Positions 39,012 through 48,401 of a stretch of 64,000 nucleotides of DNA are shown here, piece after piece. The stretch comes from Bacteroidales bacterium (GTDB lineage: Bacteria > Bacteroidota > Bacteroidia > Bacteroidales > BM520): assembly GCA_016285515.1 (NCBI GenBank), contig JAEEQW010000009.1:5561-69560 (forward strand), read 5' to 3'. Below the pieces are notes generated by a model, which saw nothing but the letters and a program-made list of their open reading frames with translations, was not told the DNA's origin and made no database searches. Both the position numbers and the translations under genes were made by a program. Numbering within the stretch: position 1 is the first letter of the stretch; each line of letters starts with the position of its first letter.

Positions 39012-41431
39012 TCTAAAGCGATATTCATGATGTCACGCATTTCATCGATGTATATGAAATTCAGCCCTTCGATGTATTCAGGCTTGATTTCGTCAATATC
39101 GCCCTTGTTGAATTTCGAAAGGACGATGGTGTCGATGTGGGAACGCTTTGCTGCCAATATCTTTTCTTTTATTCCTCCTACCGGAAGGACTTTGCCTCGC
39201 AGTGTGATTTCACCTGTCATGGCGATGTTGTTCTTCACTTTTTTGTTGGTGATGATTGAAACGAGGGCTGTGAATATGGTGATGCCTGCAGACGGTCCGT
39301 CCTTTGGTGTTGCCCCTTCCGGAACGTGGATGTGAATGTTGTGTTTCTTGATGATTTTTTCATCAATACCCAAAGATTTGGCATGGGACTTTATGTATTC
39401 GAAGGCAAGTGTTGCCGATTCTTTCATGACATCACCGAGGTTGCCTGTCATGGTGAATTTTCCGTCTCCTGGTGAGAGGCTGGTTTCTGTGAACAGCATT
39501 TCTCCGCCGACAGCAGTCCATGCAAGTCCTGTTACCACGCCCACGGTAGGCTCAGGCAATGCGTCCTCTCGCATGAACTTCGGTTGGCCGAGCATGTTCA
39601 CGAGGTCTTTCTTGGTGATACGTTTGGAGAACGGTTCCTCCATGACTATCTGTTTTGCCCTGTTGCGTATGATGGTGGCAATGTTTTTTTCGAGGACTCT
39701 CACGCCGGATTCGCGGGTGTATTCGTTGATGATTTGATTGATGATATCATCGGTTAATTCAACCTGTGAAGCCTTGACGCCATGTTCCTGACGTTGTTTG
39801 GGGATAAGATGCCGTTTGGCAATTTCGCGTTTTTCGTCAATAAGATAGCCGCTTATGTCGATGATTTCCATTCTGTCGCGCAAGGCAGGATGTACCGATT
39901 GCAGCGAATTGGCGGTAGCGACAAACAACACTTTCGACAGGTCGAATTCTATTTCAACGTAGTTGTCGTAGAATGTGTTGTTCTGTTCAGGGTCAAGGAG
40001 TTCCAGAAGAGCTGCCGACGGGTCGCCGTTGACGCTCATTCCACCTACTTTGTCTATTTCATCAAGGATGAAGACAGGGTTGGCTGACTTTGCCTTGATG
40101 AGGCTTTGGATGACACGGCCCGGCATTGCGCCTATGTATGTCTTTCTGTGTCCTCTGATTTCGGATTCATCGTGCAGACCGCCCAATGACATGCGGACAT
40201 ATTTTCGTCCAATTGCCTTGGCGATGGATTTGCCCAATGAAGTCTTGCCGACTCCCGGAGGACCGACGAGACAGATGATGGGCGAACGCATGTTCTTCTT
40301 CAACTTCAGTACCGAGATGAATTCTATGATTCTTTTCTTCACGGTTTCAAGTCCGTAGTGGTCGGCATCAATTATCTTCTGTGCCTTGTGCGGGTCGAAA
40401 TCGTCTTCAGTATATTCGTTCCATGGTATATCAACGAGAGTGTCGAGATATGTCTTCTGGATGCTGTATTCCATAGACATCGGATTGAGTCTCTGTAACT
40501 TGCCGAGTTCTTTCTCGAAAGCATCTTTTACGTTGTCAGCCCATTTTTTCTTGCTGGCCTTCTTTTTCAGATCATCGATATCCTGTGCGTTCGAATTGTC
40601 GCCCAGCTCCTCCTGAATGGTTTTAAGTTGCTGGTTCAGGATGTAATCGCGCTGCTGTTTGTCGATGTCAACTTTAACCTTCTTTTCGATTTGTTTCTTG
40701 ACTTCAAGGACTTTAAGTTCATTGGTCAAGTATTCCATGAGGGCATTGGCCTGGTCTGTGATATCCTTCATCTCAAGCAATTTCTGCTTGTCTTCAACGC
40801 TGATGTCCAAGTAGTTGGATATGTAGTTGATGATGAATTTGGGCTGGTCGATGTTTTGAAGGGCGAAATTAGTCTCGTTAGGGATATTCGGAGATTTCTC
40901 GATAACCTGCTCTGCGAGGCTCTTCAGTGTGCTTATCTGAGCGTTGAGTTCAGTGTTTTTCTTCAGGGAAGTCTTTTGTACGATAGGTGTTATTCTTGCT
41001 ACAAAATACGGTTCACTTTGAATCAGTTCCTCGAGATGGAATTTCGATTTGCCTTGTATGATGGCAGTGATGCTTCCATCAGGCATGTTGAGAACCTTTA
41101 GGATTACAGCCACAGTACCTATTTCATATAGATCTTTGAATGTCGGTGACGCTTCATCCCCGTTCATCTGGGTTACAACGCCGAGCATCTTGCTGGTTTT
41201 GTTGATATCCTCAATAAGTTTCAGGGATTTTTCCCTTCCGACTGCTATCGGTATTATGACGTCAGGGAAAAGGACAGTGTTCCTGAGCGGTAAAATTGGC
41301 AGAGAATCCGGAATTTTTGTGTCTTCCTTCAAATTACCAACAATATCAATCACTGGAAATATGTCATTATTGTCATTTGACGTGTTTTCGGAGATTAGAA
41401 CGTCTTTGTTTATTTCATCAAATTTACTCAT
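39008..41431 (-). CDS. lon: ATP-dependent Lon protease
   Basis: LON N-domain, AAA+ P-loop GPPGVGKTS, and the protease serine in PKDGPSAG. Confidence 0.95.
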   Translation of the reverse strand: MSKFDEINKDVLISENTSNDNNDIFPVIDIVGNLKEDTKIPDSLPILPLRNTVLFPDVIIPIAVGREKSLKLIEDINKTSKMLGVVTQMNGDEASPTFKDLYEIGTVAVILKVLNMPDGSITAIIQGKSKFHLEELIQSEPYFVARITPIVQKTSLKKNTELNAQISTLKSLAEQVIEKSPNIPNETNFALQNIDQPKFIINYISNYLDISVEDKQKLLEMKDITDQANALMEYLTNELKVLEVKKQIEKKVKVDIDKQQRDYILNQQLKTIQEELGDNSNAQDIDDLKKKASKKKWADNVKDAFEKELGKLQRLNPMSMEYSIQKTYLDTLVDIPWNEYTEDDFDPHKAQKIIDADHYGLETVKKRIIEFISVLKLKKNMRSPIICLVGPPGVGKTSLGKSIAKAIGRKYVRMSLGGLHDESEIRGHRKTYIGAMPGRVIQSLIKAKSANPVFILDEIDKVGGMSVNGDPSAALLELLDPEQNNTFYDNYVEIEFDLSKVLFVATANSLQSVHPALRDRMEIIDISGYLIDEKREIAKRHLIPKQRQEHGVKASQVELTDDIINQIINEYTRESGVRVLEKNIATIIRNRAKQIVMEEPFSKRITKKDLVNMLGQPKFMREDALPEPTVGVVTGLAWTAVGGEMLFTETSLSPGDGKFTMTGNLGDVMKESATLAFEYIKSHAKSLGIDEKIIKKHNIHIHVPEGATPKDGPSAGITIFTALVSIITNKKVKNNIAMTGEITLRGKVLPVGGIKEKILAAKRSHIDTIVLSKFNKGDIDEIKPEYIEGLNFIYIDEMRDIMNIALE

Positions 41432-41504
41432 ATATCTGACAATTTGTCAAAAAGTCCACTTTAAATAATTTAAGGTACACTATGGACAATAACCATGCCA
41501 CAAA

Positions 41505-41538
41505 TAAAAAAAGCTGCTTGACAGCAGCCTTTTTTTTA
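41505..41538 (-). terminator. Rho-independent terminator downstream of rpmE (bidirectional shape)
   Basis: AAAAAAAGCTGCT-TGAC-AGCAGCCTTTTTTTT: GC-rich stem flanked by A- and T-tracts, immediately after the rpmE stop. Confidence 0.75.
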
Positions 41539-41799
41539 TTCATGTTTTTGATAACGTTTACCGTATTTGCTCATGAACTTGTCAACACGTCCTGCGGTGT
41601 CGATAAGTTTAACCTTACCGGTAAAGAACGGGTGCGAAGCACTCGATATTTCAAGTTTGATAAGTGGATATTCTTTACCATCTTCCCAAACGATGGTGTC
41701 TTTTGTTTTGGCAGCTGACCTGCACATAAACATATAGTCGTTTGACATATCCTTGAAAACGACGAGTCTGTAATCTTTTGGATGGATATCAGCTTTCAT
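41536..41799 (-). CDS. rpmE: 50S ribosomal protein L31, type B (zinc-independent form)
   Basis: [10 protein letters not shown]...[10 protein letters not shown]. The CxxC zinc-binding pairs are absent. Confidence 0.9.
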   Translation of the reverse strand: MKADIHPKDYRLVVFKDMSNDYMFMCRSAAKTKDTIVWEDGKEYPLIKLEISSASHPFFTGKVKLIDTAGRVDKFMSKYGKRYQKHE

Positions 41800-41835
41800 T
41801 ATTTGTGGTTTTATTAATTATTCATTTTGAGCCTG

Positions 41836-41843
41836 CAAAAATA
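41836..41843 (-). promoter_or_regulatory. Bacteroidota -7 promoter box TATTTTTG (minus strand)
   Basis: TAnnTTTG match 37 nt upstream of the rpmE ATG. Confidence 0.45.
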
Positions 41844-41923
41844 GTACATTTTTATTAAAACAAAACATTTTTGGAAAATAATTTTTTATTTGCTATTTAT
41901 TCGCTAATATCAAAAATAATACG

Positions 41924-41931
41924 TACTTTTG
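41924..41931 (+). promoter_or_regulatory. Bacteroidota -7 promoter box TACTTTTG
   Basis: TAnnTTTG match 23 nt upstream of the ATG at 41954. Confidence 0.5.
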
Positions 41932-41953
41932 CTAAATTTAAAAAACTGGAATT

Positions 41954-42157
41954 ATGAAAGTATCACATGTAGTCGCATTCCTTGGCGGAGCCGCAGTTGC
42001 AGCTGGAATCACGCTCCTTTTTACAACTGAAAAAGGTGGCGAAATTCGCACAAAAGCACAAAAGTTGTCTAAAGAAGAAATTGACAAGATCATTGCCAAA
42101 CTGAAAAAGGAGAAGGAAATATTAGAAGAGGAAGAAGCAGCAGCTGAAGAGATTTAG
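41954..42157 (+). CDS. YtxH-like small membrane-anchored protein
   Basis: 67 aa. N-terminal hydrophobic helix (VVAFLGGAAVAAGITLLF), then a charged helix and an acidic tail, typical of YtxH-domain proteins. Confidence 0.55.
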   Translation: MKVSHVVAFLGGAAVAAGITLLFTTEKGGEIRTKAQKLSKEEIDKIIAKLKKEKEILEEEEAAAEEI

Positions 42158-42158
42158 T

Positions 42159-42551
42159 ATGGGCGTGTTTTCAAGATTCGTTGACAATAACGGAAAGATA
42201 GCAAAGGACGTCAGGTCGTATTTTTCACAGAGATACGATTTGTTGAAGGTGGAACTGCTTGAAAAGTCCTCAAGGATTCTTGCAGTTTTATTTTCAATGC
42301 TGGTAATTCTCGTGTGTGCGCTGGCTGTCCTTATTTATCTTTCGTTTGCCTTTATCTCATGGATTAATGCTTCATTGAACAGCACTGTGGCAGGATATCT
42401 TATCGTGGCTTTATTGTTTCTTGTCCTGCTTTTAGTCATAATCGTTTTCAATGAAAAATTGTTCCTCAATCCAATAATAAGAAAATTAGGTAAGATTCTT
42501 TATGAGGAAAAGGACGATGATGGTGAAGAGGAGGATGACAATGAAGAGTAA
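42159..42551 (+). CDS. Holin-X/DUF1469-like two-TM membrane protein (often annotated as phage holin family)
   Basis: 130 aa. Amphipathic N-terminal helix (DLLKVELLEKSSR), two TM helices and an acidic tail EEKDDDGEEEDDNEE. Starts 1 nt after the previous stop. Confidence 0.5.
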   Translation: MGVFSRFVDNNGKIAKDVRSYFSQRYDLLKVELLEKSSRILAVLFSMLVILVCALAVLIYLSFAFISWINASLNSTVAGYLIVALLFLVLLLVIIVFNEKLFLNPIIRKLGKILYEEKDDDGEEEDDNEE

Positions 42552-42840
42552 AGGTTTCGAAAATATCGATGAAGTGCTGACTTATAAGGCTTCTCTCAAA
42601 AAGAAAGTAAAACGAAAAGAGAAGAAATTCAAAAAGACGATTCAACTTGTCCGCAACGACAGGAACTCATCGAACAACCTGCTGAATATACTTAATTTCA
42701 GCAATAAATCAACAAAGGATGACAACAACATATCATTTCGTGAAGTCATCATCTGTTGTGTCGCAGGATATTATATCATATCCAAAATAGTTAAAAAATT
42801 GAAAATCAATAAAGTGAAAAAAGATAGTTCACAAAAGTAA
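42541..42840 (+). CDS. Small lysine-rich protein with a C-terminal TM helix, unknown function
   Basis: The ATG at 42541 overlaps the upstream stop. AGGAGG lies ~10 nt upstream. K-rich segment (KKKVKRKEKKFKK) and TM segment VIICCVAGYYIISKIV. The start is ambiguous, with several in-frame ATGs from 42502. Confidence 0.4.
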   Translation: MKSKGFENIDEVLTYKASLKKKVKRKEKKFKKTIQLVRNDRNSSNNLLNILNFSNKSTKDDNNISFREVIICCVAGYYIISKIVKKLKINKVKKDSSQK

Positions 42841-42860
42841 AAGTATAATAAATTTAAGAA

Positions 42861-43967
42861 ATGAAAAAGGTACATAATTTTAATGCAGGACCATGTCCTC
42901 TTCCAAAACAGGTTGTTGATTCAACAATCGATGCAATTCGTAATTTTGATAACACAGGTGTAGGTTTAATGGAGATTTCACACCGTACTCCGGGTTGGGA
43001 ACGCACTATGGCTGAAACACGTCAGCTTTGGCGTGACCTTTTCAATATTCCTGCTGAATATGAGATTCTGTTCCTTGGCGGTGGTGCAAGCACCCAGTTC
43101 TTCACAATTCCTGCCAACTTCTTGATTCACAAGGCTGCGTATCTGCAGACCGGTGTTTGGGCAAAGAAGGCTGCAAAGGAAGCAAAACTGTTTGGTGAGA
43201 CCGTTATAGTAGCTTCCAGCGAAGACAAGAATTACACATATATTCCTAAAGGATACACCATCCCTGCTGATGCCGACTATTTCCACATCACAACCAACAA
43301 CACTATCTATGGTACTGAAATAAAGTACGATATGGACAATGTACCGGTAAAGTTGATTGCTGATATGTCATCTGATATCATGAGCCGTCCGGTCGATGTC
43401 AAGAAGTATGCATGCATCTATGGCGGTGCTCAGAAGAACGTCGGCCCTGCCGGTGTCACTTTCGTCATCGTACGCAAGGACCTTCTCGGCAACATTGGTG
43501 ACCGCGCATATATGAACCCATTGCCAACGATGGTTGACTATCGCACTCACGCTGCAGAAGAAGCCAAGAACATTTCCATGTTCAACACTCCACCTGTACT
43601 GCCTATCTTTGTTATGCATGAAACATTGAAATGGGTGAAGGAAACCATAGGCGGTGTGGAAGCTATGCATAAGTTCAATCAGAAAAAGTCAGATATGCTT
43701 TACGAAGAAATCGACCGTAACAGCATGTTCGTAGGTACAGCTGTCAAGGAAGACCGTTCCATCATGAACCACTGCTGGGTTATGGCTCCTGGTTATGAGG
43801 ACAAACAGGATGCTTTCATGGCTTACGCTAAAGAATGCGGCATGGTCGGAATCAAGGGCCATCGTTCAGTCGGCGGTTTCCGCGCATCTCTTTACAACGC
43901 TGTCACTCTCGAAGATGTTGAAGCTCTCGTTGACTGCATGCAGAAATTTGAAAAACTTAATAAATAA
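42861..43967 (+). CDS. serC: Phosphoserine aminotransferase
   Basis: [11 protein letters not shown]-terminus and overall SerC-like sequence. 368 aa. Confidence 0.93.
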   Translation: MKKVHNFNAGPCPLPKQVVDSTIDAIRNFDNTGVGLMEISHRTPGWERTMAETRQLWRDLFNIPAEYEILFLGGGASTQFFTIPANFLIHKAAYLQTGVWAKKAAKEAKLFGETVIVASSEDKNYTYIPKGYTIPADADYFHITTNNTIYGTEIKYDMDNVPVKLIADMSSDIMSRPVDVKKYACIYGGAQKNVGPAGVTFVIVRKDLLGNIGDRAYMNPLPTMVDYRTHAAEEAKNISMFNTPPVLPIFVMHETLKWVKETIGGVEAMHKFNQKKSDMLYEEIDRNSMFVGTAVKEDRSIMNHCWVMAPGYEDKQDAFMAYAKECGMVGIKGHRSVGGFRASLYNAVTLEDVEALVDCMQKFEKLNK

Positions 43968-43986
43968 TCTAAAAACTAATTAATAT

Positions 43987-44907
43987 ATGAAAGTATTAAT
44001 TGCAACAGAAAAACCTTTCGCAAAAGTTGCTGTTGACGGCATTCGCGAAGTTGTTGAAAAGAACGGCTATGAACTTGCCCTTCTTGAAAAATATACCGAT
44101 GTCAACCAGTTTTATGATGCAGTGGCTGATGCTGATGCATTGATAGTGCGTTCCGACAAAGTCACAAAGGAAGTCATCGACCATGCTAAGAATCTTAAGA
44201 TAGTTGTCCGCGCAGGTGCGGGTTTCGACAATCTCGACCTTGCAGCATGCACTGCTCGCGGCATAGTTGCAATGAACACACCAGGACAAAACTCCAACGC
44301 TGTCGCAGAACTCGTCATGGGTATGCTCGTTTATGCTGTTCGTAATTTCTATAACGGCAAGTCAGGTTCAGAACTCAAGGGCAAGAAGCTTGGTCTTCTC
44401 GCATACGGTAACGTGGGCCGTAACGTGGCTCGTATCGCCAAAGGTTTCGGCATGGACATCTACGCTTTCGACGAATTCCTCACAAAGGAAATGATTGAAG
44501 CTGACGGTGTGGCACACGCAGTTGCCAATCGTGACGCACTCTTTGAAACTTGTGATATCGTTTCCCTTCACATCCCGGCAACACCGGAGACAAAGCAGAG
44601 CATTAACTATGCTGTGGTCAACAAACTGCACAAGAACGGTATCCTCATCAATACAGCCCGCAAGGAAGTCATCAATGAACCTGAACTCCTCAAATTGCTG
44701 GCTGACCGTACCGACCTTAAATATATCACTGACATCATGCCTGATGCTCACGATGAATTTGCCAAATTAGAAGGCCGCTACTTCGCAACACCTAAGAAAA
44801 TGGGCGCACAGACAGAAGAAGCTAATATCAATGCCGGAATCGCTGCTGCTAACCAGATAGCTGATTTCTTCAAAACAGGTAACAAGAGATTCCAAGTCAA
44901 CAAATAA
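43987..44907 (+). CDS. serA: D-3-phosphoglycerate dehydrogenase (short form, no ACT domain)
   Basis: D-2-hydroxyacid dehydrogenase fold with NAD motif GLLAYGNVGRNVA. Adjacent to serC. Confidence 0.85.
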   Translation: MKVLIATEKPFAKVAVDGIREVVEKNGYELALLEKYTDVNQFYDAVADADALIVRSDKVTKEVIDHAKNLKIVVRAGAGFDNLDLAACTARGIVAMNTPGQNSNAVAELVMGMLVYAVRNFYNGKSGSELKGKKLGLLAYGNVGRNVARIAKGFGMDIYAFDEFLTKEMIEADGVAHAVANRDALFETCDIVSLHIPATPETKQSINYAVVNKLHKNGILINTARKEVINEPELLKLLADRTDLKYITDIMPDAHDEFAKLEGRYFATPKKMGAQTEEANINAGIAAANQIADFFKTGNKRFQVNK

Positions 44908-44918
44908 TACTAAATATT

Positions 44919-46178
44919 ATGGCAATTATAAAACCATTCAAAGGCTTACGCCCTCCAGTAGAACTTATTGAAAAGGTCGCTTCAAGACCTTACGATGTTC
45001 TCAATACCGAAGAGGCAAGAAAGGAATGCGAAGGCAACCCTTACTCACTTCTCCATATTACCAAAGCCGAAATCGACCTCCCGGAAGGCATCAGCGACCA
45101 TGATCCTCTCGTATATCTCAAAGTGGTTGAAAACTTCAACAAATTCAAGGATTACGGATGGCTTGTTCCCGACAAGGAAGAGAAACTCTATATCTATGCC
45201 CAGAGCATGGACCTCAAGAAATGGCAGTATGGCATAGTGGCTTGCGCTTGGAGCGAAGACTATGTCAACAAAGTCATCAAGAAACACGAACTTACTCGTA
45301 AGGACAAAGAGGAAGACCGCATGAAACACGTTCGCATCACTAATGCCAATGTGGAACCTGTATTCTTCGCTTATCCTGCAAACAGGAAGATCGATGACAT
45401 CGTTGCTAAAATCATCAAGGAAAAACCATTATATGATTTTGTGGCCAAGGAAGACGGCTTCGGCCATCGTTTCTGGGTTATCGATGACAAGAAAACCATT
45501 GATGAAATTGTCAGGATATTCAAGGAAGAAATTCCTTCAATGTACATCGCTGACGGTCATCACCGTAGCGCTGCCGCTGCACTCGTGGGACAAGAAAAGA
45601 AAGAAAACAATCCTCACCATACTGGAAAAGAGGAATATAACTATTTCATGACAGTGATATTCCCTGACAATCAGCTCAATGTAATCGATTACAACAGAGT
45701 GGTGAAAGACTTGAACGGACTTTCCAAGGAACAGTTCCTCGATGCACTGAAGGATTCCTTCGAAGTCAAGGATATGGGCACTGAAATATTTAAGCCATCA
45801 AAACTGCACGAATTCAGCGTATATCTTGACGGTCACTGGTACAAACTCAATGCTAAGAATGGTACTTACAACGACAGTGATCCAATAGGTGTACTCGATG
45901 TCACCATCCTTTCAAACCTTGTTCTTGACAAAATATTGGGAATAAAGGATTTGCGTACAGACAAACGAATTGATTTCGTTGGCGGCATACGTGGTCTCGG
46001 CGAACTGAAACGTCGTGTTGATAACGGTGAAATGAAGGTTGCATTTGCACTCTATCCTGTTTCAATGCAGCAGATTATCAATATTGCCGACACAGGCAAC
46101 ATCATGCCTCCAAAGACAACTTGGTTTGAACCTAAGTTGCGCAGCGGACTTGTCATTCACACATTGGAGAACTATTAA
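44919..46178 (+). CDS. DUF1015 family protein
   Basis: N-terminus MAIIKPFKGLRPP...VASRPYDVL and the internal YIADGHHR motif, typical of DUF1015. 419 aa. Confidence 0.8.
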   Translation: MAIIKPFKGLRPPVELIEKVASRPYDVLNTEEARKECEGNPYSLLHITKAEIDLPEGISDHDPLVYLKVVENFNKFKDYGWLVPDKEEKLYIYAQSMDLKKWQYGIVACAWSEDYVNKVIKKHELTRKDKEEDRMKHVRITNANVEPVFFAYPANRKIDDIVAKIIKEKPLYDFVAKEDGFGHRFWVIDDKKTIDEIVRIFKEEIPSMYIADGHHRSAAAALVGQEKKENNPHHTGKEEYNYFMTVIFPDNQLNVIDYNRVVKDLNGLSKEQFLDALKDSFEVKDMGTEIFKPSKLHEFSVYLDGHWYKLNAKNGTYNDSDPIGVLDVTILSNLVLDKILGIKDLRTDKRIDFVGGIRGLGELKRRVDNGEMKVAFALYPVSMQQIINIADTGNIMPPKTTWFEPKLRSGLVIHTLENY

Positions 46179-46196
46179 TTTCAAACACTAAATATT

Positions 46197-47189
46197 ATGG
46201 TAAGTTACAAAGAATTAGGGTTGGTAAACTCAAGGGAGATTTTCAAGAAAGCTATGGCTGGCGGTTATGCCATTCCTGCTTTCAATTTTAATAACATGGA
46301 ACAGATGCAGGCAATCATCCAGGCTTGCGTTGAGATGAAATCACCTGTAATCCTTCAGGTTTCAAGTGGTGCAAGAAAGTATGCTAATCAAACGCTCCTC
46401 CGCTATATGGCTCAGGGTGCTGTTGAATATGCAAAGGAACTTGGCTGCAATATTCCTATCGTTCTTCACCTTGACCACGGTGACACATTCGAACTCTGCA
46501 AATCCTGCATCGAACTCGGATTTTCATCTGTTATGATTGACGGTTCAGCACTTCCTTACGATGAGAACGTCGCTCTGACAAAGAAAGTGGTTGACTATGC
46601 TCATCAGTATGATGTTACAGTTGAAGGTGAATTGGGCGTTCTTGCAGGCATCGAAGATGATGTTCACGCTGAGACACACACCTACACACGTCCTGAAGAT
46701 GTTGAGGATTTCGTGAAGAAAACCGGTGTTGATTCATTGGCTATCAGTATCGGCACCTCTCACGGTGCAAACAAGTTCAAACCTGAACAGTGCCAGAGAA
46801 ATGCTGACGGCATTCTTGTACCACCACCACTTAGATTTGACATCCTCGAAGAAATCCAGAAACGTATTCCTGGTTTCCCGATAGTTCTTCATGGCTCATC
46901 ATCCGTACCACAAGATCTCGTAAAGATAATCAACACCCACGGTGGCAAACTGAAAGATGCTGTCGGAATTCCTGAAGAACAGCTTCGTCAGGCAGCAAAG
47001 ACCAATGTTTGCAAGGTCAATATCGACTCCGACGGACGTCTTGCCATGACAGCTGCTATCCGAAAGGTTTTCGTTGACTCACCAGAGGTGTTTGACCCTC
47101 GTAAATATCTGGGCCCGGCACGTGATTCCCTGAGAGAACTCTACAAACATAAAATTAAAGAGGTATTAGGCAGCGATAATAAAGCGTAA
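46197..47189 (+). CDS. fba: Class II fructose-1,6-bisphosphate aldolase
   Basis: PAFNFNNMEQ, LHLDHG, EGELG, SIGTSHG motifs. Confidence 0.95.
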   Translation: MVSYKELGLVNSREIFKKAMAGGYAIPAFNFNNMEQMQAIIQACVEMKSPVILQVSSGARKYANQTLLRYMAQGAVEYAKELGCNIPIVLHLDHGDTFELCKSCIELGFSSVMIDGSALPYDENVALTKKVVDYAHQYDVTVEGELGVLAGIEDDVHAETHTYTRPEDVEDFVKKTGVDSLAISIGTSHGANKFKPEQCQRNADGILVPPPLRFDILEEIQKRIPGFPIVLHGSSSVPQDLVKIINTHGGKLKDAVGIPEEQLRQAAKTNVCKVNIDSDGRLAMTAAIRKVFVDSPEVFDPRKYLGPARDSLRELYKHKIKEVLGSDNKA

Positions 47190-47212
47190 TTGAAAGTTAT
47201 ATTATTGTTAAA

Positions 47213-47237
47213 GGCGGGAGCAATCCCGCCTTTTTTT
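47213..47237 (+). terminator. Rho-independent terminator after fba
   Basis: GGCGGGA-GCAA-TCCCGCC followed by TTTTTTT. Confidence 0.8.
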
Positions 47238-47249
47238 ATATAAAATTTT

Positions 47250-47257
47250 TATCTTTG
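47250..47257 (+). promoter_or_regulatory. Bacteroidota -7 promoter box TATCTTTG, 4 nt before the ATG (predicts a leaderless mRNA)
   Basis: TAnnTTTG match ending at 47257. The glycosyltransferase ATG is at 47262. Confidence 0.5.
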
Positions 47258-47261
47258 CAAC

Positions 47262-48401
47262 ATGAAAATTGCAGTGAATACACGATTGCTTCTTCATGGA
47301 CGTCTTGAGGGTATCGGCTGGGTTTCCTATGAAATCCTCAGCAGAATCACGAAAGCACATCCCGAACACCAGTTCTACTTCCTCTTCGACAGGAAATATT
47401 CAGATGAATTCGTGTTCTCCGACAATGTGACGCCTGTGGTGGTTCACCCGCAATCACGACTTCCGGTACTCTGGTATCTGTTTTTCGAATGGGGAATACC
47501 TCACGCCGTCAGAAAGATTCAAGCTGACTTGCTGGTTTCCCCCGACGGCTGGACCTCTTTGCGTGCAAAAATTCCAAAACTGACTGTCTTCCATGATTTG
47601 AATTTCGAGTATTATCCGCAGTTCATGCCTAAACGAAATCTCAGGTATGTCCGTCATTATGTCCCCAAATATGCGGAACAGTCTGACAGGATAATTGCAG
47701 TCTCGCAATTTACCAAGGATGATATTGTTAAATTGTATAATGTTGATAGTGAGAAGATTGATGTTGTATATAATGCTGCTAATCCGATATATAAGCCTTT
47801 AAGTGAGGTTGAAAGGACATCTGTGAGAGATAAGTATTCTGAAGGTTGCGAGTACTTTCTTTTCGTGGGGTCACTCCACAAACGCAAGAATCTGATTAAT
47901 TTGCTTATGGCATTTGACAAATTCAAGGAGCATGACAAAAATAAAGTGAAGATGTTGATAGTCGGTACAAAGATGTGGCGCCGTCCCGATTTCGAAGACA
48001 CATATAATGCTATGAAACACAAGGATGACGTGAAATTCATCGGATACCTTTCATCCGAAGAATTGTCAAAGGTCATGGCGTCATCGTTGGCATTGACATA
48101 CGTGTCTGTTTTTGAAGGATTTGGCATACCTATAGTGGAGGCATTTGAATCTGATACCGCAGTCATTACATCCAACACGAGCTCTATGCCCGAAATAGCC
48201 GGTGATGCCGCCCTGTTGGTTGACCCGTTCAGCATTGATGATATTGCCGAGGCGATGGAAAAAGTTGCCATCAATCCGGAACTGCGTAAATCGTTGATAG
48301 AAAAGGGAAGAGTCAGACGTAAGATGTTCAATTGGGACAAAAGTGCTGATGAATTCTGGAAAATAATAGAAAAAATGATTAAAAACCATAACTATGAATA
48401 A
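47262..48401 (+). CDS. GT4-family (GT-B fold, group 1) glycosyltransferase
   Basis: C-terminal half with FVGSLHKRKN, EGFGIPIVEA and SSMPEIAGDAALLVDP motifs. Confidence 0.8.
   Translation: MKIAVNTRLLLHGRLEGIGWVSYEILSRITKAHPEHQFYFLFDRKYSDEFVFSDNVTPVVVHPQSRLPVLWYLFFEWGIPHAVRKIQADLLVSPDGWTSLRAKIPKLTVFHDLNFEYYPQFMPKRNLRYVRHYVPKYAEQSDRIIAVSQFTKDDIVKLYNVDSEKIDVVYNAANPIYKPLSEVERTSVRDKYSEGCEYFLFVGSLHKRKNLINLLMAFDKFKEHDKNKVKMLIVGTKMWRRPDFEDTYNAMKHKDDVKFIGYLSSEELSKVMASSLALTYVSVFEGFGIPIVEAFESDTAVITSNTSSMPEIAGDAALLVDPFSIDDIAEAMEKVAINPELRKSLIEKGRVRRKMFNWDKSADEFWKIIEKMIKNHNYE

Noticed and set aside
41482-41718. 78-aa plus-strand ORF between lon and the YtxH gene
   Set aside because: It runs antisense through rpmE and includes the rpmE terminator hairpin in its coding sequence, so it is an artefact.
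42159-42551. A 'phage holin family' type protein as a hint of a prophage or lysis cassette
   Set aside because: No endolysin, terminase, capsid, integrase or att-like features are nearby. The flanking genes are rpmE and serC. This family is widespread as a chromosomal small membrane protein in a YtxH-linked trio.
44905-46200. Identical 14-nt context ACTAAATATTATGG at the DUF1015 and fba start codons, considered as a regulatory motif
   Set aside because: There are only two occurrences in an AT-rich genome where start contexts are generally A/T-rich. This is insufficient to call a motif, so it is noted only inside the DUF1015 finding.
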